A DNA stretch of 64,000 bases from Balanoglossus misakiensis (Eukaryota > Animalia > Hemichordata), in assembly GCA_040954595.2 (NCBI GenBank), contig CM082596.2, positions 2,780,656 through 2,844,655 of the forward strand. The letters run 5' to 3'. A program made the position numbers and the translations under genes. The notes under the pieces were generated by a model. The model made no database searches. It was not told the DNA's origin and saw nothing but the letters and a program-made list of their open reading frames with translations. Positions 38,506-51,700 of this stretch are shown one piece after another (the stretch's first letter is position 1; each line of letters opens with the position of its first letter).

Positions 38506-40065
38506 GGACCAAGCCGGCCAAAAAACCAACATTCCTGACTTGAAGTGAAGTGAAGTGAATATAAACAGACAAATGCAATGCACTTGGTATATTTAATGTT
38601 TGAGGAGAGTTTTATATTTCAACTGTGTTTACTTCTTCTCTCTTATTTTCAACGCCAACACTGTCAAGGTGAAATAATTTAACATTACCCGACTGATGGT
38701 TTAAAGTACTACACCATTATGCAAGATTGACCATTGTGACACTGGGTCTCAGATTATATTAATTTAGTACCTTTCTACTCTCCAAATCTGTCACTGTTTA
38801 AAGTCAAAATACCAAAAGTTGCTCATGGTATCATAAACTTTTGAGTGTGAGTGTCTAATCTTTACTAGTGTTTTTCCATTATTAAATACCATTTCTTTAT
38901 TTAAATATAGCAATATTTTACTTAAAAGGTTTAGTGCAAATTCATGAAAGAGTGCAAATTTTTTAACAAAACTTTTGTTTGAAAATGTTTCAGGGTATTG
39001 AGAGTAGGAATGATTTTAAGCTGACGTTGCTGTACATAACCCATTAGGATAGAAGAATTATATTATAATGTTACCGCAGATTTTTTTCTTAGTATGTGGT
39101 GGAGGCCCAAACATTTTGTGTTCATAAGTTGAGGCAAATTTTGATTGACCAAAGCATGAAATCATAACGAAATAACTATACCGGTACTCTGCCCTGCCTT
39201 TCTGACAAGTTTGCCACTTGCAAAAAAACTTGCCGAATATTGTGTGTTCTGACACTGCCTGTGTCTAGCACATGAATATTTACTTTTGTTTTGTTGCGCT
39301 TTCTTTTCTGTGAAGTTTGGAATTGTCGTACCTTTGAAATGTGGCTCAGGGAAAACATTTCATGTGTATTTAATATGTTTTGTTTTTTATGTTTTTATTT
39401 CACTTGCCAAGTGTGTGTACGTCTGTCCGTTTGTATGTCTGTAAACCAGTTCATGGTTTTCTGCAGATTGCAGTCTGCCCTCTAAGTGATATGTACATGT
39501 CTACGATAAAAACTTGTGTTCCAACCTTCCCGTCCAACCTAACCAGGAAGCTTATCTTACCAACGATGTGGTAAACCCCCCTTTGCCAATTTGGTTTCAT
39601 CCAACTTCATTGTTGGTCATTGTAAAGTGGGACATGTACATGCAGAGAGATAGGTGACAGGGTTGTTTTTTTTTAACAGATGTACATAAAATTAACAGAT
39701 GGAAGAGGGGGGAATTACCTTGAGGCCTGCCCCTTTTGTTTAATATTGATAGCACCAGTCATTTCAGCATGATGTAGAGTAACCCAACAAATGGTAGTGC
39801 GCTACTAGTGGCCAAACACCAATAATGATAGACTTGAATACTAAATTTAGCCAAGAATTTGATCTTGAGTATTTTTGTTGTGCCTTAGAATGTATTGGCA
39901 AAATCTCACTTCATTATGATTACATATAGTGCAGTCATTTTCGCATCTTTAGGATCATACACTTCATTGAGAGGTTTCTTTTTATACGTTATTAAACTGT
40001 AAAAATGTCAACTTTTGTATTCAGTTTTCAAGAAATGTCTCATCTTCAACTGTCTTACATACTAT

Positions 40066-40071
40066 ATTAAA
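40066..40071 (+). terminator. Candidate GPD2 polyadenylation signal (ATTAAA)
   Basis: ATTAAA followed by a GT/T-rich downstream element ~40089-40112; another ATTAAA at 39991. Confidence 0.4.
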
Positions 40072-40171
40072 AAACTGAAAAGATGTATATTCTGTCTGTA
40101 TGTCTTTCTGTCCAAGACTATTTCCTTCAATAACTACAACACACAAATATCGATACCATTTTACTAAAATG

Positions 40172-40248
40172 TTTATTCCACTTTGCTCAATGCACTTTGC
40201 ATGTGCATCAAAATAACAAATACATTTTAAAGTTTATCGTTCTTTATT
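40172..40248 (-). terminator. Candidate SEC61B polyadenylation signals (AATAAA x2)
   Basis: TTTATT on + at 40172-40177 and 40243-40248, roughly 110-190 nt past the stop. Confidence 0.55.
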
Positions 40249-40359
40249 TTTTAAAGACTTAAAAAGTGAACAGTGGTGTAGAACAGCATTTTTTTTCTGT
40301 CATCACAAATTATATTCCATGATCCAGTGTCATTGTTGTGGTTGTCCGTTCTGGTCCTC

Positions 40360-41754
<1,395 letters not shown>

Positions 41755-41759
41755 CTTGA

Positions 41760-42170
41760 ATCTTCCGTGGAGTGAAATAGGAAGTGACGTCAGCTGTAAA
41801 CCTGAGACATGACCTCTGTGTGAGGGCGCTGTAAAGGGTCACCTTTGCCAACTTTTCCCAGCTGTAATAAAACTTTCAATGCCAATTTCACGTAATTTAA
41901 CGAGCTATTCATGACATGACTTGTAAGTTGCCAAGCTGTCAGCACCATGTAAACGCCGTTGCATGGAGAGACGTTGGTAAGTTCAACGCTTCGATGTTTA
42001 GCTTTGAAACAAACGATAGCGTCGGTCGAGATAATGTGGTAACCATGACAGCCAAAACGCCGTTGCTCATTTGTCTTCTTATTAATAATTGATTTGACAA
42101 CGTGTGAATTTGTCGCCTACTCTGAAAACGAACATACCAATTAGTTTATCAATGGGTTGCCTTGATTAAC
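41760..42170. promoter_or_regulatory. Shared promoter region of SEC61B (-) and the KIF9-tail gene (+)
   Basis: ETS-CRE composite GGAAGTGACGTCA at 41780-41792; RFX X-box-like GTAACCATGACAGC at 42039-42052 and GTTGCCTTGATTAAC at 42156-42170; + donor TTG|GTAAGT at 41977. Confidence 0.6.
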
Positions 42171-42704
42171 TTGTGGTTCAGTAATAGGTTTTGCAGTCCT
42201 GATGGAAATAGTGCAGGCCATTATTTCTTCTTCCAAGTTGTGCATTTATCCACAGGCAGGGCTTACACAACCACAAAGGGGTCTTTAGGATTGCACCAAT
42301 TTAGCTATGTTAGAATTCCTATCCTGAATTCAACAGCAAAATGGAAAGCTCTGGGGCAAATGCATGGCTTCTGACACCCCACATACCAGACAATGGGAAA
42401 TTCGAGTGTGACTTTTTGATCCATTATACTTACATGAAAAACACTCTTTGCTTCCTATACTTGTACTTTTTGTAAGTTTTTTTTCTTTTTGATATATTTT
42501 AATCATCAAACTCAAGTGTCTTTAGTGAATAAAGTGACTTGGTAATTACTGATTAGTCATTCTGAACTAAACCATGATTTACAACCTGGCAAATGGCCAA
42601 TAATGGACAGCCATTTTCTGCTCTCTGAATCTGTGCCACTTTACCCCATGAAACAGGAGTGGCAATTGAGATCCTGAACACTGGAACAGAAGCAAGGCAG
42701 AAGA

Positions 42705-42942
42705 ATGGCAAGCGAGTATACTTTGAACAGTCAGCCACTGCCTCGGCGGGCCAGCGCACTTTCAACAAGATCACACTTGGAATCCCCGATGACGAGTTTC
42801 CGGACGGAATCTGGGAGAGAAAGTGAACTCAGCATTACGATCACAGAGAGATCAAATTCCCCGCCGACAAGAAGTCAAGCTTTTGAAATATTCAAACGTG
42901 GAAAAGGAAGTGAAATAAATAAGGTCTTCATAGATAATAAAG
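42705..42942 (+). CDS. KIF9-tail gene coding exon 1
   Basis: MASEYTLN...SPPTRSQAFEIFKRGKGSEINKVFIDNK; in-frame TGA at 42675-42677 upstream of the ATG; donor GTGAGG at 42943. Confidence 0.78.
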
Positions 42943-44302
42943 GTGAGGAGATGATATATTAAGATTTATGTGTGTGGGATGAACTTTACACTCAAGCCTC
43001 GATGACATAAAAGACTAATTACTGTGAACAAGTCCCTCAAAGAATTTTCCATTTCTTTGTAGAAATACTGTACTCTAAGAAAACGGAGTACAGATACCTT
43101 GCCAAGATAATAAATGGTACCAAGAGAGCCATCGATGAGACAAAAGTGAACCTTGAAAAGTCAAGAAAAGAAAGACTTGAAAAAGGTTGGTTGCATAACT
43201 ATTTTTAGTGAAATAATATAGCCGTAAAACTCACACCATTTTTTTCTTCACATAACGTCCCTCTTCACTTACATTGCTGCAGGAGAATTCGCAGATGAAC
43301 ATGGAGAGGTTATCGAGGAAGAAGAATATTTGTTGATGACAAAGCTGAAGGAACTGAAAATGTCATACAGGGGAGATTATGAAGACCTGCAGAAAATCAA
43401 AGTTGAAATCGACTATTGCCAGAAACAGGTCAACCAGTGTAGGGAGAAACTAGTGAATGGTGAGTGGTTGCCATGGTGTGGCTATCTGTAAACAAAGTGA
43501 TTACTGTGGTATCTCAAATGTTGTCATCTTTGAACTGCATGTAAATCAGAAATAACTTTACAGGTTTTTACAGTATAGTCTTGGGAGTCGGAATGATATT
43601 AATTTTGTAAATTCTCTGTTTTTTTGCGACAGCGTTTGAGGTCTGGTATGCGGATGATTTTCAGATGTGTTATAGTCTCTCTGAGCTTGAAATGAGTGGC
43701 AGAGAAAGTGAAATAAGGTGTGATACGAGCTGTAGTTGTGGCAAGCAACATCAGACAACAGTGAGTAGCCTAATACATTTCTTCTTCAGTGCAGAGCGCC
43801 CTCATGTGTGGTGTCTCCCTCAGTCCTTTTGTTTGAGGGGTGTACATTCTGAGCAAGCACAGCAGTGAAACTTTTACACAGCATAAATGCAATGTTTGGT
43901 GTGCATATCAGACATGCATAATACTATTAACACACTCTCCCATTGTTTCTTTCAAAGCCCGAAGATGAAACAGAGAAATTTGAAAGATTACAAGAAGAAC
44001 TGTCGACAGGAGATTCTGAAGCAATGCCATTCCTGACAGCGAAGTCGAGGACAGAAAAACGGGTGAGGACACGAAAATCATTTTGAATGATATTAATAGG
44101 ACATCGTTCTTGTACAGGTAGCAGATAAGACACTGTCTTTCTTGTACGTGCTTGTGAGTTCTGAAGTTCTATTTTTCCTAATTTTGTCTTTCAGCACAGT
44201 CACAAAGGGTCTATTTCACTGCCACAGAATCCCCACGTGAGGTCGAAAACGCCCAAAAATTCTCTTACCTCGAAACCAGGGAAAAAGTCGAAGAAGCCGT
44301 GA
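42705..44302 (+). CDS. KIF9-like protein consisting only of the C-terminal coiled-coil tail (no kinesin motor domain); 6 coding exons, 292 aa
   Basis: join(42705-42942,43063-43185,43283-43459,43633-43760,43958-44062,44195-44302) = 879 nt, no internal stops. SPPTRSQAFEIFKRGKGSEINKVFIDNKEIL...IEEEEYLLMTKLKELKMSYRGDYEDL...EIDYCQKQVNQCREKLVNAFEVWY...EDETEKFERLQ is colinear with the vertebrate KIF9 tail as I recall it (AFEEFKNEQGSEINRIFKENK...IDEEEF...EIQYCQHLVDQCRHRLLMEFDIWY). Confidence 0.85.
43063..43185 (+). CDS. KIF9-tail gene coding exon 2
   Basis: EILYSKKTEYRYLAKIINGTKRAIDETKVNLEKSRKERLEK. Confidence 0.85.
43283..43459 (+). CDS. KIF9-tail gene coding exon 3
   Basis: GEFADEHGEVIEEEEYLLMTKLKELK...EIDYCQKQVNQCREKLVN. 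Confidence 0.88.
43633..43760 (+). CDS. KIF9-tail gene coding exon 4
   Basis: AFEVWYADDFQMCYSLSELEMSGRESEIRCDTSCSCGKQHQTT. Confidence 0.82.
43958..44062 (+). CDS. KIF9-tail gene coding exon 5
   Basis: PEDETEKFERLQEELSTGDSEAMPFLTAKSRTEKR. Confidence 0.82.
44195..44302 (+). CDS. KIF9-tail gene last coding exon
   Basis: HSHKGSISLPQNPHVRSKTPKNSLTSKPGKKSKKP-stop; AATAAA at 44474-44479. Confidence 0.72.
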   Translation, partial: HSHKGSISLPQNPHVRSKTPKNSLTSKPGKKSKKP

Positions 44303-45668
44303 GACTGTCAATGTGATTGGCGCGTACAACTCACCATGATTGTTCATAAGTAAGGTGTGTGCTGATTGGATGAAAAAATAACCATCACCAGGGCTAATGT
44401 TTAGTCAGCCAATATCTTTTGTCCTTACTACTACCCGACCAAGCTTGTATCAAGTGTGAACATTGAAAATGCAAATAAATCCAGTTAATTCTTATCCTAT
44501 AAGGACCATCTACACTTAAATGATTTGTATCAAGCTGTTCGATTTTCATCTTAAAGGTGAAAAAAAGTGATCAGGTAAAATTAAATTCATGTTGAAAAAT
44601 GAATGAAAATTCCGAAATGAAAAACAACTTCTGAAGTGCCAACATTTGTACTTGCAATGCAATAATGTGTGAAAATTTGGATTGTGGATATAGTTATGCA
44701 CATTACTTTGATACGAGTTCTATTTTTGTGACTTTTTCTGTGAATCTTTTATGAGTGGCTATTATATTGTGTTTGTTTTTTTACTGCATTTTACATGAGT
44801 GGAAACTTCATTTACACAAAAACACTTCAAAGTTATATTTATTTTTTCAGGCACCAATTGTACTTTTCAAGTAGAAAAAAATATTTACTCTAAAGTATAT
44901 GCCAGTGTGGTCGTTATTTTTATCTGGTCCTCAGATTTCTGTAAGGGGTAGAACAATGTCAGACCGTCTTCTCCAACCAAGATCTGTCAATGCAGGCATT
45001 GTTGATAGTGGAGGGTCTGCAGATTTGCCCTCAACAACATTTGCGTCAGATTCTTTGTTTTCCAAATTATTCCAGATCCCACTTACCTGTTTGGGAGGCC
45101 TTCAAAGAAGACTTGTCCTTAGTAATATAGATCAACATCACACTTGCTACATAAAATGGGCTCAACACAACTTTATTGCTATCTCCCTTGTATGTGGTTG
45201 ATATTTCCGCAAAAAAGTAAATTAACACACACTCACATGACAAAATATGAGAAACTAAATCCACGAAAAAAATCATGGATTGGATAAATGGCGTTTATTC
45301 AGATCAAGCCACAAAGCAAATGGTATTGTGCAAGCGACAAAAGTCAAAACTGATATTAAATATAACAGCAAGCCATCAGCTTCCCCCTAACTCAAGTGTT
45401 ATGGAAGAGAATGTCTATCTGTAAACATTTTACGTCTGATTAGAACCCTGTCTGAAGAAAAGTACAGTAAGTCTGATATGTACAAACACACTTTTGATAT
45501 CAACTTATTTTCTCCAAAAGATGTGGTTGTTAAACTTGGGAAAACTGGTAAATATCTGCAAAAGTGTAGATACGCGGTACAAATACTTGGATTCGAGAAG
45601 TGCTACTTATCCTGCAAGTTTGTAGTTTTTCGCGTATCCATCGAATGGTTCGTTTCTGTCGTTCACGA

Positions 45669-45704
45669 TTAAACAAAAGAGATTATGTCTTCGTTTGCTG
45701 ATCC
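45669..45704 (-). CDS. LDLa gene last coding exon
   Basis: Acceptor ctcgtttacag, then GSANEDIISFV-stop; AATAAA (minus strand) at 45294-45299. Confidence 0.6.
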   Translation of the reverse strand, partial: GSANEDIISFV

Positions 45705-48700
45705 CTGTAAACGAGAGAACACAAAGAACACGTGTAATACAACGATCATATCACGTTGCTGATGAAGTGTTACGGCCAGGACGCTGTGAGTTTGTGAAAA
45801 CTGCTGGAACAAGAATAGGTGTTTGAATGCATTCCCGCCAATACAGGCAGTGGTCAACACTCACCGAGTCTCTACCAGCAATGTCACAGAATGCTTCATC
45901 GCTGCCATCTACACAGTGAACTTCGCCATCACACAGCTGCCATTCAGCATATATACATTGGGTGTTACTGCTACATTTCACCATTCCCTCTGGACACTCG
46001 TAATTTTCTAGAGAAAAATTATATTATCTGTTGAAAATACGATATTATGTGCGCAACACTGTCTTGTAAAAGTATATTTTTGCACAAATTATTTTGGTTA
46101 TCTTTTCAAAAGTTGTACATTTATACAGAGAACTGTCAACTGACTTTTAAAAAATCTTTCTCAAAAAGACGCCCAAGGAAACCATTTCTTACCACAGTCC
46201 CATTCGTCGCTGCCATCACTACAAGCTCTCTTTCCGTCGCATCGTAATTTGTTCAGAAAACATTGTTTTCCGTTGGCACACTTTGTGGTCACGCCATCCA
46301 GACAGAGCGTCCAGTCGAGGTCCTGATCGTTTCCTGAATTTGTCAGACGTAAAAAAGAACAGCGGAATAAGTTCGTTACTCAAAAAGACAACCCTTTTAA
46401 TCATCAACTAAAACTAAGACTTTGACAGTACACATACTAACTGTCTTCCTCCAAGAGTTCCAGAGGACAGAAATTAATATTTGATATATGCGCACCCTAA
46501 ACTGTTACTTAGAACAACGTGAGAAAACACGTTTTGTCTGATATGTCTGTTGGTAGATGCCAATTAAACTCTCTGGTCGCCACCATAAGAAGAGGGATTC
46601 TACACGTACCACAGCCTAGTTCATCACTTCCATCTGCGCAGAATTTCTTGGAATCACAGATCCAGGAACTGTTGATACATTGTTTCCCGTCATTGCACTT
46701 CTGCCAGTTTGGTTCACACTCGTACGCATCTGATGAGAAGAGAAAAAAAAATGATCTCCATGGCGCAATCAGTTCACGCACTGGCGTTGAACTGGTCAAA
46801 ATCTCGTGGTATACCATCAATGGAAGTGTTTTATTGCTAATCCTAATAGTAATATTCCAATATTCTTTGAAATTTGGCACGTATAGTCTGGTTCCCTACC
46901 CCCTTTCGAACGCTGCTGGCGCTAAGCGCAGCGCAGCGCAGCTAGCGGCGGGAATAGGACAGGTGAACAGACTAGACATGCAGATCGCGTATCGTGTACT
47001 GCACCTGTTCGCTTCCAAAAGACTTGTGGACAACAAAGGGATTGTGGTACAACCATGCATGAGACGAAGATGGAATAACGTGTTTTCCCAAGTGGACATC
47101 CTCAAAATATGGCCGTTTGTTTTGGACTGAATATTGTTTAGTACAAGTGACTCAGTTCGCGGTAAATCGACGGGACATGGACAGTTTCAGTAGGCCTGCA
47201 AGTTGGAACTTTGGAAGCCTTAGGACGACTTTCACACTCGTATCCTTATATAATAATTATATAATTTCGGAAGAGGACTCGGTAAGTTTAATATTTTCTT
47301 CCGCGAGCATTATTTTTCATGGCTTGCATGGTTTATGATGCTTGTACGCTACGCGCGCTGCAGGTGGAGTCAATGTTGACATGTCCATCACACTGCAGTT
47401 TTTACATGATCACGTTCGCGTTTCGGCTTTGTGGTTAAAATTATAGAGTGTCCATTGCTGTAGTCAGATTCTGGACATTCATAAACAGAGTATCGTCTTC
47501 CTGGACCACCGATGAGATACGCTTGCATTGCTCGAAGGTTTTGTTTATCGGTCGCGTTTGCAGCAGACGACATTTTGTTACGTCACAACGCGTCGCCAAA
47601 ATGGAGGCTTGTGTGCGCCCGGCGCCCAGGCGCTGCACGCGTCTCGACCAATCAGATCGCGCTGTTTCCACCATCACTACACACACTGGTAAAATAATAC
47701 TTTTCTATGACTTGACTGCATTGTACTTTTGTCAATAACTTGCACAACCATATATACTGTGGCAGCTCATGAAACTTGTGATGACAACTCGAGTGTGGAA
47801 TAATTTGATAACAGCCTAAAGTACATGTAGAAGAAACGTAGTCATTCGCAATATCACACAAATATTCTGTTCCACTGGAATTTCCAGTAAAGGGGGCCCC
47901 TTGGTCTGCATGGTGTTTCAACTTACGACAGTTTATTTCGTCTGATCCGGTAGCACAGTCCACTACGCCATCACACGTCCATTTTTTCTCATAGCACTGT
48001 CTGTCGTCATCGCATTTCACCATACCTGGGGGACACGTCATTTCTTCTGAAGCAAAACAAAATTTAAACTTCTAGATACTGCCTCGGTATACCCATCACT
48101 CTTGTATTCAAGAGAACAAACGTCGAAAAGTGAAAGTTACTCGTTCTGTACATTATATTCACAGTGCTGGTGCTTTAAATCTGCCAATTGGTGGCGCCAT
48201 GTATATTGTAACATATCAACCATTATGACGAGAAAACACCGATGCAGCAAACACGCCTTGGTAGCTGCTCATCAGCCTTAACCATTGTTATATGAGTATA
48301 AGCAAGATGTACCATTCGGTTAATCGGCTTCTAGAAGGATACATGGGTGGGTTTACATATACACGTCAAACAGAGTTAGATTTCAATGTGCCCGCGGGCA
48401 TCTTCGATAAACCGGATTTGTTTTTCTCTTGGGGTTAGAACGTACTTGCTCATGTGGGTAGTCAAAATGTTATATTTCAGAAGTAAACTCCCTAGCGTAC
48501 ATTATCTTTGAATTTCAACTGTAATAAGTCAGTTTCAATATTTTCGTTTACCCACGAGATGCCAATGAAACACACAACAGTATTAATTTATAGCTAACAT
48601 ATACAATTTAGCCCAAGTATTTCTGTCATAAATACTAATACTGCGTTCTCCATTAAGAACCGCGTGTATTACCAGTATCAGAAAAACAACCCGCGCCCCC

Positions 48701-51700
48701 GTTTGTGGCCAGGGGGCGCTATCACACTCACCACATGTTTTGGTAACTTCATCGGAGCCATCTTTGCAGTCGACGTACATGTCGCAGAGCCACTCTTCCG
48801 CGATACACTGCAGTTGATCGTTGCACTTCACTAGACCTTTGTGACATGTGTAATTCGCTGGAAAAAGTAGAGAGTGGAATGGAAATCGTTTGATCCAATT
48901 AACGTACATATGAAACATGACCACTGACATACATTTGTATTAGTGTCGACGCCATATTGCTTTATTTGCGGGTGTAGTGTATGTGCAGCGTGGTCGCGTG
49001 TTCTTATTCCGTGATATTAGCAGTGCAATATCTGGCTATGCTAAAGAGGCGGCCATCGAGCTCACCACATTTTTCGGCGACTTCATCTGAACCATCGTTA
49101 CAGTCGACATAGAAATCACAGACCCACTCTTCGGCTATACACTGCGCTTGATCATTGCACTTCACTAAACCTTTTAGACAAGTGTGATTCGCTAGAAGTT
49201 TGAGAAAGAAAAAGAAATTGTTTGACCTGATTAAAAGTCAGTATGGTGACGTCATAGTATCAATCATATGAGTTGGCAGCGCTAAGAAGATAAACAGGGT
49301 AGTTAATTGTGTATGAGGGTTATAGAGAAACTCGCAAATTCACTTACCACAGTTTAGTTCGTCCGAGAGATCGTCACAGTCCACGCTACCATCGCACCGT
49401 GCCCAATCTTCCACGCACTGTGTTCCATCCTTGCATGTAAATTGTTGCGGCCCGCAATGCACAGGCTTCGAGTTGCCGGCGTGCTGCTTCGAGTTGTCGC
49501 TGTGCTGCCCGAGTTCTGAAAGAAGCAATAAAAAAGAAGGAACTTTGGCATACAGAATCCATTATTTTGATGCCACCTTTCCATTACTGAATGCAGTTGG
49601 TTGCATTCACCCACAAGTGGTTCGTTTAATTTGCCTCGCCTGTGCCATCTAAGATAGCGTTCTCTCTAGCCCCCACCACCTTGTAACCCACACACAAAAA
49701 ACTTAAAACGACACCGAAAGATTTTAATATTGTTGATGACAAGGATTTCATGTGAGCAGACGACAATAAATCGAGCTGACCTTTTGGCTGCCTGTCTCTG
49801 TTGCAAATCGCTGTGATTAACTTTTACAATTTACTAGTACACTCAGCAGGCCAGTTCAGTAAATGGTGACACTGATGACGATGACAAATTTTCTTTCGCA
49901 AAACACATTCCGCTTATGGCCACCCTCCGTTAGCGACATGATGACATTTTCACTTGATAGCTCCTCTGAATTTTCCGCACTGCAACTTTACCGTATTTGT
50001 GGGCTGTCACACCAGGTGACGTCGAGTGTTAACCTTTCTATCATTCACTCATACCCTAAATTTCGAAATTAGACACAAAAGTCATTGCCAAATAACCGTG
50101 ATATCGCCAGATCTATAAACGAATCTCTCGTGACCTAACATCATCCAACAAGTAATAGCTTCAATCATCTTATTGTTAACAAGGAAATTCCCATTTGGAC
50201 TTTCTAATTTATCAGTTTCCTGTTGTATGATTTTTTACAAGCGCAACAAGTGTGCTATCTTCGCAATGATTGCCAACCCTGACTGAGAACGGTAGAGTCA
50301 TGTACTTATCCGGTAATTTAGCATTCAACTGGGATAGAAGTGTACGTCTCCCGTTCCCTGTACACACGCCCCATCTCTCTCACATCAAGCCCTGGCAGAA
50401 TTAAATCAATCTATCCTGAAAATTGAAATTGCACAAAACGAGATCTAGATGAGTTCCCCATCGACGACATATGGAAAGTGGTAATAGGAAAGTTGCACAC
50501 ATACTGTTCTACAATCACTGGGGGTCAGGGGATGAATTTTAATGCTTTGACATAGGAAGCTGCTGTAAATTGCCCTAACATAAACACTTTGAGGTTTAAT
50601 GATAGCATTTGTTTTTCAACTGTTTCACTGTTTTGAAATAATTCTCTCTGTGGCATTAGCTGGCATCAAATGTTTCAGATATAAGGGAGGGACCCCCTTA
50701 TCACCAGTCATGGCTTCTTTGACTTGATGAGATGTATAGTATTATCTGTATGGCTCTCCATGGGAAAAGTGATCTATCGATTCCCGTGCAGTCACTTGTA
50801 CAATTCAACATCCCTCTTCAGCTCGAAACAACGGGTACATGACAGTGTGTACCCATTGGCGTCTTGCGATGCTGAATAAAGCCATTCGGGCGAGAAAACT
50901 CCGAGAACTCCATGTTTTTCCAAAATATTAAATGCCGCATAAATCGTTTTAAAGGGTAAAGGATGGTGCTGTCGGGAAAACCAGGCAGGCTAATTATCAG
51001 AGTATCCCTCGAGTCCGGCAGTAACACCAAAGTACCGCAATCGGAAGGGGTATTTTTTGGACTTGAAGAAGATCAAAAAGTGGTGACGTCAGAAGCGTGG
51101 AATAAAAACGACGTTTCCCCCTGTTCATCGCGGAGTAGTCACGAATGACGTCAGACACGGAAGGATGTGTTTTGTTGCATGCACGGCGCGGTGAGTTATG
51201 AAGGGGTTATTTAACTATTGGCTGAAAAGCGAATGAAGCCGACGCCTTTGCACCGGATAAAGTGCCTTTACGAACGCCTACGCCAACCCGATCTGCACAC
51301 TCGAAACCTGTGCACTGCTCTCTCACAGGCAAAATTCTGTTTGTTTTGTTGAGGATTCTTGCTTTTGATTCAAATGTCACCTGTATGTAGGTACGAGTGT
51401 CTCCATAGAACAAATAAAATGAGACAATAGTGGCCCCATATTTGATGACCTGAACATTTCAAAGTGATTCACCGGTTCCTTCCTTTTGTACTCACGATTT
51501 GTACATCCTGGTTTATTTATCACGTGATTAGATGACACCAACTCACTAAGTAGCTCAAAAGATTTAGGGATTTAAGCATTGATCGACAGACATTTTTGTA
51601 TTTAAATTATTTATTGGTCAAGAAGTAATCTTCAGTAGCAGTCAGTATTTCAAAAGCTCCAAAGATTTTATGGCTTCCGGATAACTGCGTCACACAATCC

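Noticed and set aside
45080-45110. Minus-strand CAG|GTAAGT donor
   Set aside because: Lies beyond the predicted poly(A) signal of the LDLa gene, with no supported exon.
46519-47130. 203-aa + strand ORF, the longest in the track
   Set aside because: Antisense to LDLa exon 5 and crosses a palindromic insertion; non-ATG start and no recognisable domain.
48690-48722. CCAGGGGGCGCTA CTCF-like motif (a similar one ~33746-33760)
   Set aside because: Partial matches only; cannot be supported without PWM or ChIP data.
51207-51413. EQCTGFECAD, resembling the start of an LDLa module
   Set aside because: Lacks the remaining cysteines and the SDE motif, and has no convincing splice sites.
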